Shown: one piece after another, positions 62,376 to 64,000 of the stretch
How positions within the stretch are numbered: the stretch's first letter is position 1
Layout of the letters: each line of letters opens with the position of its first letter
NCBI RefSeq assembly: GCF_009834535.1
Contig: NC_045711.1
Coordinates: 41,044,001-41,108,000, forward strand
Length of the DNA: 64,000 nt
Direction of reading: 5' to 3'
DNA from: Camelus ferus
Taxonomy: Eukaryota
Program-made: the position numbers and the translations under genes
The notes under the pieces: generated by a model
What the model was told of the DNA's origin: nothing
Databases searched by the model: none
Seen by the model: the letters and a program-made list of their open reading frames with translations, nothing else

Positions 62376-63199
62376 CTCTCCTTTTCTGTTCTCTGGTTGT
62401 GAGCTGGCATGTGAGTGGTGGTGAGTGGGGGTGGGGGTGGGGGGAGGGCAATAATGTGGTCCCGAGTCCTGTCTCCTAATCTTCTGCACCTGACACCACA
62501 CTTGGCCTCTAGAGTCAGCATTTAGTACATATTGCAGCTGGAAAGGGTTTTCTTTTAATAAAGGAGACCCAGACCCTGAGAGAGGAAGCTTTGGTCCAAA
62601 GTTAGCCAACCCTGAAGAACAGAGGCTGAGACAAGGGCCCTGACTCTGAGGTGGAAGGGAAGGTGGCCTTGCCCTCTACCCCACCTTTCCTATCCCTCAG
62701 AGGCCACTAGGACCATTAGATTGTCCTTTTAGCCCTCCCTCAACAGAAAGAAGGTGGACAGGGCTATGGCTAAGGACTGGAGCTATCTTGCCCTTGGTTG
62801 CCTTGGGGAGGCCCCAGGCCTGGCTGCCTTGTCTGTAACAGTGCCTCCAGCCCTGCCACAGAGAGGTCTTCTTTCCCTTAATGAAGGAAATTCAGGAACA
62901 GAGGTTAAGTAGAGAACTTGCCTAGGTTCACACACCACTGTTCTAGGCACTAACTTGGATATGCCTGATGCCAGTCCTCTCTGGGCTGAGGAGTTAATCT
63001 AACCCTAAGAGGCCTAGAAGTTCTGGAATTCAGCTGGGCTCTGGGGAGCCCTTGCTGTGGGCCAGGATGTGGGCTGAACTTGGGGATTCTAAAATGAGTG
63101 AGACCCAGGGAACAAATATCTGTCCCTAGAGTAAGAAGAACGGGGCATACAGGGGAGCAAGAGTCGTTTTGCTTGGGGGGTTCTGGGGAGGATTCCTGG

Positions 63200-64000
63200 A
63201 GGTGGCAGCATGGGAATAGATGCTTGAAAACTCAGGACGATTCTGACAGGAAGAGATGGAGGAGAGAGCGTTTAAGCACAGGGAACAGCATAAAGCAAGG
63301 GTCTGGAGGCAAGATTTATCCATTGTTTTCAAGAAAGTGACAATCTTCCATGTAAAAGACCTGTGGATTCTTGTGGTTTAGGTGCTGGGGCTTCTCCTGA
63401 GGAAGACAGTGGGCCACGGAGGAGGATTAAGCAGGAATGACTTGATCAGATTATCTCCGGCAGATGAGTGAAGTGTGGATTGGAAAGAGGGAGACTAATA
63501 ATAACAGCCAATATATATTGAGTGCTAGGCCCAAGGCTGGGAGCTTTATATGTGTTAACTTAGATTGCTCACCATCATTTCTGAGGAAGGTACTATTATT
63601 ATGCCCATTTTGCAGAAAATGCAGGCCCAGAGAGGTTAACTTGCCCGGTCAACGTTGCACAGCTATTAAAGTGGCAGTGTCAGGATTCGAATCCAGGCAG
63701 TCTGGCTCCAGAGGTCATGTACTACCATCCTAGAGGCAGAGGGGTGCTGAGGAGGGTATTTCAGGAATTCAAATGAAAGGTGAAGGAACTCGGGAGAAAT
63801 AAATGAAGTTGAGATTTTTAAGAGGTGAAATCTCCAGGACTGGTGGCTGATTGGATGAGGGAGTTGGAGACAAGGAGGAGACTGAATCCCTGGTTTGTGG
63901 CCTGGATGTTGGGGTGGATGGGGTGTTGCCACTCGCCTTGGGAGCCCAGGTTGGTACACGATGGAGTCTAGCAGGAGGTGATGGGTTCAGGTTCGGACAT
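63200..64000. mobile_element. L2 fragment interrupted by a MIR (about 63470-63730)
   Basis: MIR core cccattttgcagaaaatgcaggcccagagaggttaacttgccc flanked by purine-rich L2-like sequence. Confidence 0.55.

Overview
Mammalian genomic DNA, most likely a camelid (alpaca, llama or camel). The species call rests on five copies of a tRNA-derived SINE resembling the camelid Vic-1 type. The window holds the gene cluster syntenic to human 17q11.2, with six protein-coding genes all on the + strand: the 3' part of BLTP2/KIAA0100 (23 coding exons, 142-13807), RSKR/SGK494 kinase (14870-18464), SPAG5/astrin (25044-38801), ALDOC (40927-42931), PIGS (44970-54708; exon 6 runs into an N gap) and UNC119 (56607-61802). 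I traced exon boundaries by hand from splice signals and by recall of the human proteins; reading-frame phases close in every gene, apart from PIGS exon 6 where the gap hides the donor. Introns and intergenic DNA contain MIR, L2, L1, MaLR LTR, MER33, MER8, a Charlie transposase fossil, microsatellites and four assembly gaps. There is no prokaryotic content, CRISPR array or real RNA gene, and I found no clearly new gene or system. The best leads are regulatory or protein-motif level: a PRK2-like PDK1-docking tail and a possible myristoylated N-terminus in the orphan kinase RSKR, a recursive-splice-type AG|GTGAGT site in SPAG5, a candidate uORF-bearing cassette exon in the ALDOC 5' leader, minus-strand splice donors behind the SPAG5 and PIGS promoters, and a BLTP2-RSKR junction with no canonical poly(A) signal. 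No database searches were run; all homology statements come from memory.
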